DNA of 64,000 nucleotides from Acidimicrobiales bacterium (GTDB taxonomy: Bacteria; Actinomycetota; Acidimicrobiia; Acidimicrobiales; DATDAH01), in assembly GCA_044221555.1 (NCBI GenBank), contig JBGAOY010000003.1:282241-346240 (forward strand). The letters are read 5' to 3'. Below are positions 27,434 through 38,498 of this stretch, piece by piece. Every line of letters begins with the position of its first letter. The stretch's first letter is position 1. The translations under genes and the position numbers were made by a program. A model generated the notes under the pieces. It did not search any database and was not told the DNA's origin. It was given only the letters and a program-made list of their open reading frames with translations.

Positions 27434-30168
27434 GTGTCATCGATGTCGTGGTGGTGGTGACGGCGGCACTGTCGAGCGTGGGCTTGTGGCGGTTCTTCTT
27501 CGGCCCGAAGGAAGCGAGTCGGGCCGAGCTGCGCAACGGGGTGCAGGAGATCACCGTGACCGTGAAGGGCGGTTACTCGCCTGACCGGGTCGAAGTCCAG
27601 CAGGGCGTTCCCGTCAGGCTGGTCTTCGATCGCCAAGAGACGGGTGACTGCACCTCCCGCGTGGTGTTCTCCGACTTCGGGATCAACCAGTCGCTGCCGG
27701 CCTACGCCCAGACCTCCGTCGAGCTCCTTCCCGAACGAACTGGTGAGTTCGGGTTCGCATGCGGGATGAACATGGTGCACGGGAGGCTGGTCGTCGTCGA
27801 TGCGACGGATGGTTCGGCCGCCACGGATGCCGGTCCGCACGACAGGGCTCCGCAGTCGCCCGACGAACACGAGGACGCATCAAGGGGGGCGGCGCCCAGC
27901 GCCGTGGATGCCAGGGATGAGGACGAGGACGCCGAGGCAGTAGCGAGGCGTCTGGAGATCGCCGACCTCTCCCGCCGGGTCGCCATCGGCGCGGTCCTGA
28001 GCGCGCCCGTCGTGTTCGCGGTGATGGCCCACGAGCTCTTCCACGTCGACTGGGTGCCCGAGATCCTGCTCAACCGTTGGGTGCAACTGGCTCTGATCGC
28101 CCCAGTGATGTTCTACACAGGATGGCCGATCCACCGGACGGGGTGGCTCACGCTGCGACACCGCACCGCGGACATGAACACCCTGATCATGCTGGGGACG
28201 GCCGCCGCCTTCGGCTACAGCCTCTTCGTCACGGTCGCACCCGGTCTGCTGCCCGATGACGTCCAGGAGGTGTACTACGAGGCGGTCGGGGTGATCATCA
28301 CCCTCATCCTCCTGGGCCGCCTGCTCGAGGTTCGGGCGAAGGCCGGCACCGGTGAGGCGATCCGGCAGCTCATCGGTCTGCAGGCCCGCACGGCGCGCGT
28401 GGTCCGCGAGGGCGTCGAACTGGAGGTGCCGATCGAGGCCGTGTCGCTCGGCGATCTGGTGATCGTGCGACCGGGGGAGAAGATCCCGGTCGACGGCGAG
28501 GTCACCGAAGGCACCTCTGCGGTGGACGAGTCGATGATCACCGGCGAGCCGATCCCGGTGACCAAGCAGGTGGGTGACACGGTGATCGGGGCCACCATCA
28601 ACCAGACGGGGGCCTTCCGGTACCGGGCCACCGCCGTGGGCTCGGAGACGATGCTGGCCCAGATCATCAAGATGGTCGAGGCGGCGCAGGCCTCGAAGGC
28701 GCCGATCCAACGTCTCGCTGACCTGGTGTCGAGCTTCTTCGTGCCTGCGGTGGTCCTCATCGCCATCTGGACGTTCGTCGCGTGGTTCCTCTTCGGGCCG
28801 GCGCCCGCATTCACCTTCGCCCTCGTCGCGGCGGTGGCCGTCCTCATCATCGCCTGCCCGTGCGCACTCGGCCTGGCCACCCCGCTGTCGATCATGGTCG
28901 GCACCGGCAAGGGCGCCACATCCGGCATCCTGATCCGTTCCGCCGAAGCGCTGGAGACCGCGCACAAGCTCGACACCGTGATCCTGGACAAGACCGGCAC
29001 GATCACCAAGGGTGCGCCCGCCCTCACCGACGTGGTCGTGGCGGCACCGATGGCCGAGGACGACCTGCTCCGGCTCGTGGCGTCCGCCGAGCGGTCGTCC
29101 GAACATCCCCTTGGCGCCGCGATCGTGACCGGCGCGCAGGACGCCGGGTTGTCGCTCGCAGATCCGACGGAGTTCGACTCGGTCACCGGTCAGGGCCTCC
29201 GCGCCGTCGTGGACGGACATGTGGTGCTGATCGGGAACCGCCGGCTCCTCGAGGGAGCTGGCATCGACGCCTCGGGTCTGGACCCGCCTACCGATCGCCT
29301 TGCGGCGGACGGGAAGACACCGATGCTGGTAGCCGTGGACGGGACTGCCGCCGGGGTCATCGCGGTTGCGGACACGCTCAAGGAAGGCTCTGTCGCGGCG
29401 GTCGCCGCCCTGCAGGACCTGGGGATCGATGTCGTGATGATCACCGGTGACAACCGGCGCACTGCTGCGGCGATCGCGAAGACGGTAGGCATCGATCGGG
29501 TGTTGGCCGAGGTGCTCCCGGAGCACAAGGCCAACGAGGTCCGCCGCCTGCAGAGCGAGGGACGCAGCGTGGGGATGGTCGGGGACGGGATCAACGACGC
29601 CCCGGCACTGGCGCAGGCTGACGTGGGCTCGGCCATCGGCACCGGCACCGACATCGCCATCGAGTCCTCCGACATCACCCTCGTCTCGGGGGCGCTCTCG
29701 GGGCTGGTGACCGCGATCCGGCTGTCCCGGGCCACCATGCGCAACATCCGCCAGAACCTCGCGCTCGCCTTCGTCTACAACACCGTCGGGATCCCGATCG
29801 CCGCCGGCGTGCTCTATCCGTCCTTCGGGATCCGGCTCAGCCCCATCATCGCCGCTGCGGCCATGGCGCTGTCGTCGCTGTCCGTGGTCACCAACGCCAA
29901 CCGCCTCCGCAGGTTCCACGCCCCGTCTCTGCCCTTGGACGTCACCGCACGCCAGGTCGAGCCCAACGTCGAGATCGGCGCCGATGCCGAGCAGGAGCCC
30001 GAGTCCGTGCCGGCGCTCACCGACCCGGTGTGTGGCATGTCGGTCGATCCGACCTCAGCGCTCTCCGCGACGACTGGCGGCCGGGAGTTCTTCTTCTGCT
30101 CTCCCTCGTGCCGTGAAGCGTTCACCGCAGACCCCGACCGGTACACGAGCGAGGCAACCCGGCGTTGA
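27430..30168 (+). CDS. Cu(I) P1B-1 ATPase with N-terminal cupredoxin-like and C-terminal YHS domains
   Basis: GGYSP...C...FACGMNM; CPC, DKTGT, YN, MALSS; DPVCGM...FCSPSC. Confidence 0.95.
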   Translation: MSVIDVVVVVTAALSSVGLWRFFFGPKEASRAELRNGVQEITVTVKGGYSPDRVEVQQGVPVRLVFDRQETGDCTSRVVFSDFGINQSLPAYAQTSVELLPERTGEFGFACGMNMVHGRLVVVDATDGSAATDAGPHDRAPQSPDEHEDASRGAAPSAVDARDEDEDAEAVARRLEIADLSRRVAIGAVLSAPVVFAVMAHELFHVDWVPEILLNRWVQLALIAPVMFYTGWPIHRTGWLTLRHRTADMNTLIMLGTAAAFGYSLFVTVAPGLLPDDVQEVYYEAVGVIITLILLGRLLEVRAKAGTGEAIRQLIGLQARTARVVREGVELEVPIEAVSLGDLVIVRPGEKIPVDGEVTEGTSAVDESMITGEPIPVTKQVGDTVIGATINQTGAFRYRATAVGSETMLAQIIKMVEAAQASKAPIQRLADLVSSFFVPAVVLIAIWTFVAWFLFGPAPAFTFALVAAVAVLIIACPCALGLATPLSIMVGTGKGATSGILIRSAEALETAHKLDTVILDKTGTITKGAPALTDVVVAAPMAEDDLLRLVASAERSSEHPLGAAIVTGAQDAGLSLADPTEFDSVTGQGLRAVVDGHVVLIGNRRLLEGAGIDASGLDPPTDRLAADGKTPMLVAVDGTAAGVIAVADTLKEGSVAAVAALQDLGIDVVMITGDNRRTAAAIAKTVGIDRVLAEVLPEHKANEVRRLQSEGRSVGMVGDGINDAPALAQADVGSAIGTGTDIAIESSDITLVSGALSGLVTAIRLSRATMRNIRQNLALAFVYNTVGIPIAAGVLYPSFGIRLSPIIAAAAMALSSLSVVTNANRLRRFHAPSLPLDVTARQVEPNVEIGADAEQEPESVPALTDPVCGMSVDPTSALSATTGGREFFFCSPSCREAFTADPDRYTSEATRR

Positions 30169-30352
30169 GCGGGTCGGACAACGCGGCACCAGCCGCCCGA
30201 AGCCGGCTCTCACGTCGAGCTCGGTCCGATGACTACCGTCGCCGAGTCCAGATGTCGTACGAAGGCAGAGGCGGTCGCTCGTCTCCTGCGCGTGGCCCGC
30301 ACGTCGGTTCCGTGGTGATCCCCGATTCAGCGGTGTCCCCTATTGGCCGACG

Positions 30353-30757
30353 ATGATGAGCATGCGGATCGTGATCGCCGCCGCACTGCTCGTCGGCTTC
30401 GACGCCCTGATCTTCGTGCTGCTCGCCGTCCTCATGGTGGCGTGCGCCGCGGGCATCGGGCGCCTGCTCTGGCTCCTCGACGGGAGCCCGGCGCTGGACC
30501 GTCCCGGGTGGTGGCCCGGCGCCACGACCGCCGACGGGGAAGGGGCAGCGGTGTGCAGCCGATCGCGGCGAGCAAGGGCCGCAGGCGCGTGTGCCGCGTG
30601 TTGTGGCGCACCGTTGCTCCTGCTCGCGGTCGTCGTCTCCTTGGGTGTGGCGAGCGCGGTCGGCATCATCGCCGGGATGCTCGTGCTCGGAGGCGTGATC
30701 CTGTGGGCGGTGCGGACAGGTCGAGTAGGACGCCGCGCGCGAGCACATCGTCCATGA
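30353..30757 (+). CDS. Small membrane protein with CAACC motif
   Basis: Hydrophobic segments; ACAACCGAP. Confidence 0.5.
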   Translation: MMSMRIVIAAALLVGFDALIFVLLAVLMVACAAGIGRLLWLLDGSPALDRPGWWPGATTADGEGAAVCSRSRRARAAGACAACCGAPLLLLAVVVSLGVASAVGIIAGMLVLGGVILWAVRTGRVGRRARAHRP

Positions 30758-31031
30758 CCCTTGGATGCGTCGCGCGTCCGCACGCCCATCGACGGCCAGG
30801 AGTGCCGGTTCGTAGCTGACGGTGGCCATCATCGTCTGTCGAGCAATCGAGGGCATCCGTGGTGGCCACGGACCCGGCTGCGGTGCGCCCGCTCGCGATC
30901 GCGACGCACGGCCGCCGCTTGCCCCGGCCGGTGACCGGCATCGCCGCAACGTACATCCGTGCCTCCCCCCGATGTGCGCTTCACCGCCCCGCCGTACGGT
31001 CGAGCTGTCGCCGATCCAAGGAGGACTCGAC

Positions 31032-31724
31032 ATGGACTACGGCTACGGGCTCTGGGCCCTCGTCATCGTCAACTCTGCCATCTTCATCATCTTCACGCTC
31101 AGCTTCTTCCGGCCCGGGAACCGGCGAGACTGGACCGCGATGGGAGCCTTCTCCGCCTTCATCATCGCCCTGTTCACCGAGATGTACGGCTTTCCGCTCA
31201 CGATCTACCTGCTGACCGGTGCGCTCGGCAGTCGCTTCGAATCCCTCAACCTGACCCACGATGGTGGGCACCTCTGGTCCGACGTCGTCGGCTGGCAAGG
31301 CGATCCCCACATGAGCCCCTTCCACCTGGCCAGCTACGTGTTCATCGGGGGCGGCCTGTGGGTCATCGCCGCCGGTTGGCGAGCGCTCTGGGCCTCTGCA
31401 AGGACAGGGACGCTTGCTACCACTGGCCCTTATGGGTGGGTGCGCCACCCCCAGTACGCGGGTTTCCTCGCGGTCATGGTCGGGTTCTTGCTCCAGTGGC
31501 CGACGCTACCGACCCTGGTGATGTTCCCGGTCCTGGTGGTGGTGTACCGGCGGCTCGCCGTCTCCGAGGAGCGCATCGTGCGGGCAGAGTTCCGCGACAC
31601 CTGGGACGCCTACGCCGCGGCCACCCCGAGGTTCATCCCCCGCTGGCGAGCAGGACACCGGCCCACCGGAGTCGATCCCAGCGCACATCAGCCTCCTTCG
31701 CGAGCGGTCCGGCCGCATCGATGA
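31032..31724 (+). CDS. Isoprenylcysteine carboxyl methyltransferase family protein
   Basis: ALFTEMYGFPLTIY, GPYGWVRHPQY, EE...F...Y...PRFIP. Confidence 0.88.
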   Translation: MDYGYGLWALVIVNSAIFIIFTLSFFRPGNRRDWTAMGAFSAFIIALFTEMYGFPLTIYLLTGALGSRFESLNLTHDGGHLWSDVVGWQGDPHMSPFHLASYVFIGGGLWVIAAGWRALWASARTGTLATTGPYGWVRHPQYAGFLAVMVGFLLQWPTLPTLVMFPVLVVVYRRLAVSEERIVRAEFRDTWDAYAAATPRFIPRWRAGHRPTGVDPSAHQPPSRAVRPHR

Positions 31725-31970
31725 CAGGGCGGTCACACGTCGGGACCTGCAGGGATCGCCTCCTTGCGACTCGCTCGCACGAGGACTGCGTAGAGCAACC
31801 CATTGGTGGCGCCGGCTTCTGGTTCTCCGATGAGCCCACAAACGGACCCGGGCGCCGGGCTTCTGCACGAGATCCGCAATGCAGATCCGTGGCCATCCCC
31901 GATGCGGGCTCGTCTGGCTGAGGCGCACGGTTGAGGTGGAAACACGCTCGCTCGAAGGAGGAGGAGTCTC

Positions 31971-32288
31971 ATGAGCACCAAGAAGTGGCTGGTGAGGTGG
32001 GCGGCGGTCCTCGCACTGTTCCTCGGCTCGGTGGTCGCCCTCAACGCGTACTATGGGTCCGACAACGGTGTGACGACGAACGGCCCATCGTCCTCGACGG
32101 TGTCGCACGCCACCCTGCAAGGCGACGCCAACATGACCCAGCAGATGTCCGCCCCCACTGCGGCCACCGGCGCGCCGGTCCACGGTGACGATCCGCAGCT
32201 CCGGCGATCTCAGTCCTCGGCCTACGTGCGGGCGTTGGAGCAGCACCAGGCCGACATCAACCGGATGCTGGCCCAGGGAGCTCCTTGA
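31971..32288 (+). CDS. Hypothetical exported protein
   Basis: GGAGGAGG RBS; N-terminal TM/signal. Confidence 0.65.
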   Translation: MSTKKWLVRWAAVLALFLGSVVALNAYYGSDNGVTTNGPSSSTVSHATLQGDANMTQQMSAPTAATGAPVHGDDPQLRRSQSSAYVRALEQHQADINRMLAQGAP

Positions 32289-32505
32289 TGTCCGTACCGT
32301 CGAACCCGCGTGCGGTGACCCTGGCCCTCGCGGCTTCGCGCTCAGCGAGGAGCGGGTTGAGCATCACCCCGAGCCCGCCGGCCGGCTCGGTGATGGGATG
32401 CAAGTCGACGGGACCTTCGGCACTGTTTGTACACGGTGTCGTAGCCGAGACTCGCGGCATGTTCCTCGAGGCCGCGGCACCGGCGCTCCAGATGCGGGTT
32501 GGTTG

Positions 32506-33603
32506 ATGGTGCGATCGGTACCGCTGGCGCGCCGCAACCTGTTGGCGGAGCCGCGCCGCCTGGTGGCGGCGGCGGCCGCGGTCGGCATGGCCCTGATGTT
32601 GATCCTGCTGACCGACGGGTTGTGGGAGGGCATCAAGGCGAACGTGACGACCTACGAGGACAACGTCGGCGCCGACCTGTTCGTGGCCCAGCCTGGGACC
32701 CGCAACTTCTTCGGCGCCGTCAGCGTGATCCCTCGGTCCACCGTCCGAACCGTCCGCGCCGACCCCGATGTCGATTGGGCCGCTCCCGTGCGGGGGTTCT
32801 TCGCCATCGTCGAGCTCCACGGCAAGAAGGTGCCGACCTTCGTGATCGGCTCGGTGCCTGGTGCCCAAGGCGGCCCGTGGGACCTGCTCAGTGGTCGTGC
32901 TCCCGAGGCCGACGACGAGATCGCCATCGGCCGGGTCGCGGCGCGACGCCACGGACTGGGCGTGGGCGATCGGCTGGAGGTCATGGGTCGGCGGTTCACA
33001 GTGGTGGGGACGACGAGCGATGCGTTCATGGCATCGTTCGTGTTCATGACCCACAGCGCCACCGATGACCTGCTCCGGGCGCCCGGCACCACCAGCTTCG
33101 TGCTGGTCGGGACCGGCCAGCCCGCCGCCGTGCGCGCTCGGCTGGGGGCCGAGGGGCTGGCGGTCCTGGACGCCGGGCAACTGGGGCGCAACGACCTCTC
33201 CCTCGTCACGCGGGCCTATCAGGTGCCGCTGGACGTCATGCGCGGTGTGGCCTTCGCCATCGGGAGCCTGGTGATCGCGCTGACGACCTACACCGCGATC
33301 GTCGAGCGTCGCCGCGAGTACGGCATCGTCAAAGCGGTCGGCGCACGCGGCCGGTTCCTGCTGGCGGTGACGCTGCGCCAGACGCTGATCGTCGCCGCCG
33401 TGGGACTCGTCGCAGGCGCTGGCCTCTTCCTCGCCGCCCGCGCCGTCATCGCGTCGCTTCGACCACAGTTCGTCATCCTGGCGACCTCCCAGAGCGTGGG
33501 TCGGGCCGTCGCGGCGGCGTTGTTGATGGGGGTGATCGCCAGCGTGGTCCCCGCTCGGCGGCTGGCCCGCCTCGAGCCCGCCGCCGCATACCGGGGCGAG
33601 TGA
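32506..33603 (+). CDS. ABC exporter permease (FtsX/MacB-like)
   Basis: LARRNL, ERRREYGIVKAVGA, PARRL. Confidence 0.9.
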   Translation: MVRSVPLARRNLLAEPRRLVAAAAAVGMALMLILLTDGLWEGIKANVTTYEDNVGADLFVAQPGTRNFFGAVSVIPRSTVRTVRADPDVDWAAPVRGFFAIVELHGKKVPTFVIGSVPGAQGGPWDLLSGRAPEADDEIAIGRVAARRHGLGVGDRLEVMGRRFTVVGTTSDAFMASFVFMTHSATDDLLRAPGTTSFVLVGTGQPAAVRARLGAEGLAVLDAGQLGRNDLSLVTRAYQVPLDVMRGVAFAIGSLVIALTTYTAIVERRREYGIVKAVGARGRFLLAVTLRQTLIVAAVGLVAGAGLFLAARAVIASLRPQFVILATSQSVGRAVAAALLMGVIASVVPARRLARLEPAAAYRGE

Positions 33604-34718
33604 TGGCTGCGAGGCGGGTTCCCTTGGCCCGCAAGAACCTCTTCCAGGACCGGCGCCGGGCCGTGCTGTCCGTGGTCGGTGTGGGGCTGTCCCTCGTGCT
33701 CGTGCTCGTGCTGAACGGGATCTACGACGGCGCGATGCGCCAGGTCACCGCCTACATCCGCAGCTCGCCGGCCGACGTCTTCGTCGCTCAACAGGACGTG
33801 CGCACGATGCACATGACCCAATCGGTCCTGCCGGCGGGTGCCGTCGATGCCGTGCGCGGCGTCGACGGCGTCCGCTGGGTCGAGCCGTTGCGCTACACGA
33901 CGAGCGTGGTCGACTCGGGGCGAGATGCCCGGCTGACCTACGTGTTCGGCTACGACACCGCCGCGGGACGGGCGGGACCGCAGAAGATCGTTCGTGGCCA
34001 GGCGCCCGCCCCGGGCCAGGTGGTGGTGGACCGGGTGGCCGCTGATGAGCTCGGCGTCGGCGTGGGCGACGACGTGCAGGTCCTGGGCCGGCCCTTCCGC
34101 ATCAGCGGGCTCTCCGCGAACGGCACGAACATCGTGAACACCACGGTGTACCTGCGTACCGAGGACTTCGCCGCGATCCGTGGCGACGCGATCGCCTACC
34201 TGTTGGTCGGTGCCAAGCCTGGGGTCGATCCTGACCAGCTCGTGGCCCGCATCGATGCGTCGGTGCCCGGGGTGACAGCGCAGACCCGCGCGGGGTTCAC
34301 CCATCAGGAAGCGAACGTCGTCCGCGACATGGCCGCCGACGTCATGGGGGTGATGACCGTCATCGGATTCCTCATCGCGCTCGCCGTGGTAGGCCTCACG
34401 CTGTTCTCCTCGACCCTCTCCAAACTCCGCGAGTACGGCATCGTCAAGGCGCTGGGCGCGGGTTCGGGGCGCCTGGCCGCCACGGTGCTCGTCCAAGCGG
34501 CGTGGTCGGTGGCACTCGGTTTGGCGGTCGCCGTCGTGGTGTCCCTCGCCCTCGGCGGCGCCGTCGCGGCGCTCACGCCGAACGTCCGCATCGTCCTCGA
34601 GACGAGCTCGGTGGCCCGTTCTGCGGTCGGTGCGTTGCTCGTGGGCGGTGTCGCGTCCCTCGTCCCGCTGCGGCGAGTCCTCGCCGTCGATCCCGCGACC
34701 GCCTTCCGGAGGCCCTGA
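33603..34718 (+). CDS. ABC exporter permease (FtsX/MacB-like)
   Basis: LARKNL, REYGIVKALGA, VDPATAF. Confidence 0.9.
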   Translation: MAARRVPLARKNLFQDRRRAVLSVVGVGLSLVLVLVLNGIYDGAMRQVTAYIRSSPADVFVAQQDVRTMHMTQSVLPAGAVDAVRGVDGVRWVEPLRYTTSVVDSGRDARLTYVFGYDTAAGRAGPQKIVRGQAPAPGQVVVDRVAADELGVGVGDDVQVLGRPFRISGLSANGTNIVNTTVYLRTEDFAAIRGDAIAYLLVGAKPGVDPDQLVARIDASVPGVTAQTRAGFTHQEANVVRDMAADVMGVMTVIGFLIALAVVGLTLFSSTLSKLREYGIVKALGAGSGRLAATVLVQAAWSVALGLAVAVVVSLALGGAVAALTPNVRIVLETSSVARSAVGALLVGGVASLVPLRRVLAVDPATAFRRP

Positions 34719-34720
34719 CC

Positions 34721-35560
34721 ATGGAACAGCCTGCCATCTCGGTGCAGGGGTTGACCAAGACCTACGGCGAGGGCCCCTTGGCGGTGCACGCCGTCCGGGC
34801 CGTCGGACTGGAGGTGGCCCGCGGCGAGGTGGTGCTCGTCATGGGACCATCCGGGAGCGGCAAGACCACGCTCCTGCTGATGCTCGGTGCCATGTTGCGA
34901 CCCACCGCGGGATCCGTGGTGGTCGGCGGGGTCGACCTCGCCGCCGCGCATGAGCGCCAGCTCCCGGCCCTGCGGGCTCGGCACCTCGGTTTCATCTTCC
35001 AGGACTTCAACCTGTTGACCGCGCTCACCGCACTCGAGAACGTCGAACTGGCGTGCAACCTGGGTGGTGTGACCGGCCGGCCGGCCCGTCAGCGGGCGAC
35101 CGGTCTGCTCGAGCGGGTCGGACTGGGTGAGCGCCTGCAGTTCCGGCCTGATCAGCTCTCCGGGGGAGAGAAGCAGCGGGTCTCGGTGGCGCGGGCCCTG
35201 GCCAACGACCCCACCGTGATCCTCGCTGACGAACCCACCGCGAACCTGGACTCTTCAAAGGGTCGCGAGATCGGTCGGTTGCTGCGCCAGTTCGCGGTCG
35301 AGGATGGGCGGAGCATCGTGATGGTCAGCCACGACGACCGCTTGCGCGAGGTGGCGGACCGGGTGCTCTGGCTCGAAGATGGTGCCTTTCGGGAGCTCGG
35401 GGCGATGGTGACGGACCCCGTCTGTGGCATGCCCGTCGAACCCGACCCGAACCTCCACCTCCAGGCCGATGGTCGGGAATGGTGGTTCTGCTCCACCGCT
35501 TGCCGCGATGCCTTCGATCCCGCCGTTGAAGGTGCCGTGGTCCGGCTGTCGGGATCGTGA
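34721..35560 (+). CDS. ABC ATPase with C-terminal YHS domain
   Basis: GPSGSGKT, LSGGEKQR, ILADEPT; DPVCGM...FCSTAC. Confidence 0.92.
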   Translation: MEQPAISVQGLTKTYGEGPLAVHAVRAVGLEVARGEVVLVMGPSGSGKTTLLLMLGAMLRPTAGSVVVGGVDLAAAHERQLPALRARHLGFIFQDFNLLTALTALENVELACNLGGVTGRPARQRATGLLERVGLGERLQFRPDQLSGGEKQRVSVARALANDPTVILADEPTANLDSSKGREIGRLLRQFAVEDGRSIVMVSHDDRLREVADRVLWLEDGAFRELGAMVTDPVCGMPVEPDPNLHLQADGREWWFCSTACRDAFDPAVEGAVVRLSGS

Positions 35561-35604
35561 GGACCGGTCGACGCGAGGTGGCCCGGCCTGAGGCGATCAA
35601 CGGT

Positions 35605-36567
35605 TCAGGCATGGGTGAGTCTCAACAGTGCTTCGTCGAGCTCGGTGACGTCGAAGATGTGGTCGAGCCGTTCGGACAGGGTGCCATCGGCCTTGGCGAG
35701 AAGCAGGCTCGGCTCGAAGTCCAGCTCGTAGGCGCGCACGACCTCCGTGGGGTTGGCATCGGCGAGGCTGTCGACGCCGTCGGCGTCGGTGTACACCTCG
35801 GCGTGCACGAAGGTCACACCCTGATACCTGGGCGCCGCCTTCATCAGCAGGTCGACAGCGGGAGGGCAGAGGCTGCTGTCGCAATGGCCAGGTGACGCCA
35901 CGAGGAGCGCGACCCGGTCGTGGCGGCGCAGCGCTTCGTCGAGGCTCACGTCGTGGAACGGGCACGGCGGCGTTCGAGTACAGATCGGGCGCACGCCGCG
36001 GTGATGGCTGGTGGTGGGCGTCGGCACCGGGGCCATGGGACGGCCTGGTACTAGGGGGGGCGGTATCGCACCCACGACGAAGGCGGCGCTTGCCTGGTCC
36101 CCGGCGACGGTGGCGGTGACCTCGTGGAGGCCCGCGTGCTCGGGGGTCACGACGAGCGGGTAGTAGGGCCGGGGCACGCCGCTGGTGCGCGGGGCCACGG
36201 CCACTCGATTGCCCACGGGTTCGCCATTGGTCGTGACCTGGAAGGTGGCCTCGCCTGGCGCGTCGACCAGGAGCCTGCCGGCGCGGTCGCCGAACGCGAA
36301 GACCAGGCGCTGCGCGAACCCGACCACTGCTTCGCCGCCCCCGGCGTCGAACAGGGAGATGAGGCTGTACGGGCCAGGCCTCGTCGTGACGGAGACGCCT
36401 CTGGTCGAAGTCGACGATGCATCGCCGCTTCCCGAGGTGCACCCGGCGACGGCCAGGCTGAGGGCTGCGGCGACGAAGGTTCGCCGGCTCAGGGTGACGG
36501 TGGCCGGCGAGGCCGAGGTTGTGAGGGGGTGAGTTCGGTGCGAGCGCGTAGCCGGGTACCTTTGCAC
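35605..36567 (-). CDS. Tat lipoprotein with Cys-rich thioredoxin-like C-terminus
   Basis: SRRTFV, VAGC, CTRTPPCPFH, HCDSSLCP, FEP; start uncertain. Confidence 0.7.
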   Translation of the reverse strand: MQRYPATRSHRTHPLTTSASPATVTLSRRTFVAAALSLAVAGCTSGSGDASSTSTRGVSVTTRPGPYSLISLFDAGGGEAVVGFAQRLVFAFGDRAGRLLVDAPGEATFQVTTNGEPVGNRVAVAPRTSGVPRPYYPLVVTPEHAGLHEVTATVAGDQASAAFVVGAIPPPLVPGRPMAPVPTPTTSHHRGVRPICTRTPPCPFHDVSLDEALRRHDRVALLVASPGHCDSSLCPPAVDLLMKAAPRYQGVTFVHAEVYTDADGVDSLADANPTEVVRAYELDFEPSLLLAKADGTLSERLDHIFDVTELDEALLRLTHA

Positions 36568-36611
36568 GCAACTACGACATGGCGTCGTCGGCGAGGACCT
36601 GTGGAGGTGAG

Positions 36612-36983
36612 ATGGCGGTGCATGCGGCCGTCCAGTCCGGCAGCTCGGTCACCATGCAGGTGCTGGTCATCGCTCTCGCCACCTCCGTCACGCTGTTCAA
36701 GCTGCACGGACGTAGTGCGTGGCGCAAGCAGACGGACCGCCGGCTTCATCCGGCGCGGGCCGTCCGGTTCGCGGCCGCGGCAGCCGCGGTGGTCGCCGGC
36801 GCAGCACTGGTGACCGGCATGGCTGCCACCTCCAAACCGCGACCGCCGGTACCTCACGCCGACCTGGTCACGGTGCTCGACCCGATGTCGGGGCGGAGCG
36901 CGGCCACGTTCGTCTTGTACAACTCAGTGCCTGGGGTGCGCGAACGCCCCGCGCCGCTCTCGTACAGCGGTGCCAGCTACTGA
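36612..36983 (+). CDS. Small membrane protein ending in SGAS (candidate flavinylation substrate)
   Basis: GGAGGTG RBS; overlaps the apbE start; C-terminus SYSGASY. Confidence 0.5.
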   Translation: MAVHAAVQSGSSVTMQVLVIALATSVTLFKLHGRSAWRKQTDRRLHPARAVRFAAAAAAVVAGAALVTGMAATSKPRPPVPHADLVTVLDPMSGRSAATFVLYNSVPGVRERPAPLSYSGASY

Positions 36984-37872
36984 CCGCCGGTTCTCCGCCA
37001 TGGGGGGCCGCGCCCAGGTGGTCGTGGTGGGGGCGCCCGACCTGACGGACTGGGCGGTCGGACGGGTCGCCCAGCTCGAGGAGCGGTGGAGCCGGTTCAT
37101 TCCCACGAGCGACGTGTCCCGGGCCAACCGAGCCGCAGGCGCCGAGGTGCCGGTCGATGCCGACACTGTGATGCTCGCCACCACTGCCCTCCGGGCTCAC
37201 GCGGAGACAGACGGTGCCTATGACCCGCTCCTCGGGGATGTCATGGCCCAACTCGGCTACGACCGGACCTTCGATTCGGTCGACCCTCGCACCCGACCGA
37301 TCCTCTCGGGCCCGTCGCGCGCTGGTCGCCTTGTGGTCGACGACGACCGAGCACGCCTTCTGGTGCCCAGCGGTTGCTCGTTCGACCCGGGAGGCATCGG
37401 CAAGGGCCTCGCGGCCGACCTCGTCACCGCCGGACTCGCGGATCGAGGAGCTGAGGGCGCGCTCGTGAACCTCGGCGGTGACATCCGAGTCTGGGGCGAG
37501 CCGCCCACCGAAGACGGTTGGGTCCTGTCGGTCGACCACCCGATGGAGGAGGGCGCCGAGCTGGTGCGCGTGGTCCTTGCCGACGGCGCGGTGGCATCGA
37601 CGAGCCGCCTCCGCCGCTGCTGGGGACCGCCCGAGGCACGCGCCCACCACCTCGTCGATCCCGCGACGAGGCGACCAGCCGACAACGGAGTTGCCGCGGT
37701 GACCGTGTTCGCCGGCACCGGATGGCGAGCCGAGGCGTTCACCAAGGCCGCCTTCCTCGCCGGTCCGGATGGTGGAGTCGGAGTGCTCGAGGCCCACGGG
37801 CTCGACGGAATCGTCGTCACCGATGATGGCGAGTCTCGGATGACGCCGAACATGGCGGCGATCTCGGTATGA
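36970..37872 (+). CDS. apbE: FAD:protein FMN transferase
   Basis: AMGG, WSRF, FDPGGIGKGLAAD, NLGGD, VASTS, HHLVDP. Confidence 0.9.
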   Translation: MPATDRRFSAMGGRAQVVVVGAPDLTDWAVGRVAQLEERWSRFIPTSDVSRANRAAGAEVPVDADTVMLATTALRAHAETDGAYDPLLGDVMAQLGYDRTFDSVDPRTRPILSGPSRAGRLVVDDDRARLLVPSGCSFDPGGIGKGLAADLVTAGLADRGAEGALVNLGGDIRVWGEPPTEDGWVLSVDHPMEEGAELVRVVLADGAVASTSRLRRCWGPPEARAHHLVDPATRRPADNGVAAVTVFAGTGWRAEAFTKAAFLAGPDGGVGVLEAHGLDGIVVTDDGESRMTPNMAAISV

Positions 37873-38480
37873 ACGGCCAGTTCTGGTGGTACGTGACCCG
37901 GGCCACCGGGCTCGTCGCCTGGGCTCTTCTCGGCGTGTCGACGGCGACCGGCTTGCTCCTCTCGGCGCGCCGCACCGTGGGTCGGCGACCGTCCTGGTAC
38001 GTGGACCTCCACCGCGGGCTATCAGGTCTCGGCTGTCTGTTCGTCGCAGCGCACCTGGCCGCGATCCTCGCGGACAGCTTCGAGCACTTCGGGCCCCTCG
38101 ATCTTGTCGTGCCGATGCGGACGTCTCTTTCTCCGGGCGCGGTGTCCTGGGGCATCGTCGCCCTCTATCTCCTCGTGGCCGTCGAAGCGACCAGCCTGGC
38201 CGTCCGCCGGCTGCCGTACCGCGTCTGGCGGCGCGTGCACTACGCCGGCCTGGCCATCTTCTGGCTGACCACCCTTCATGCCTTCCTGGTGGGCACCGAT
38301 GCCTCCAACCGGGTCCTGCTCGCGGCAGGCGCGGCGTCGATCGCGGGTTGCGCGTTGCTGTCATTGCGCCGTCTGACCACGCCGCGGCGGAGGAACGAAC
38401 CGATCCCAGTGTCACCCCTGGGTGAAGCTACGACTGAGGCTGATGACCGGGGGCCGCCGGTGGGTCAACCAGGGCCGTAA
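37869..38480 (+). CDS. Ferric reductase-like/MsrQ-like heme membrane protein
   Basis: WWYVTRATG; His ligands LHR, AAHL, WRRVHY, TLHA. Confidence 0.85.
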   Translation: MNGQFWWYVTRATGLVAWALLGVSTATGLLLSARRTVGRRPSWYVDLHRGLSGLGCLFVAAHLAAILADSFEHFGPLDLVVPMRTSLSPGAVSWGIVALYLLVAVEATSLAVRRLPYRVWRRVHYAGLAIFWLTTLHAFLVGTDASNRVLLAAGAASIAGCALLSLRRLTTPRRRNEPIPVSPLGEATTEADDRGPPVGQPGP

Positions 38481-38498
38481 CCCCTGCCCGGCTGGTCG

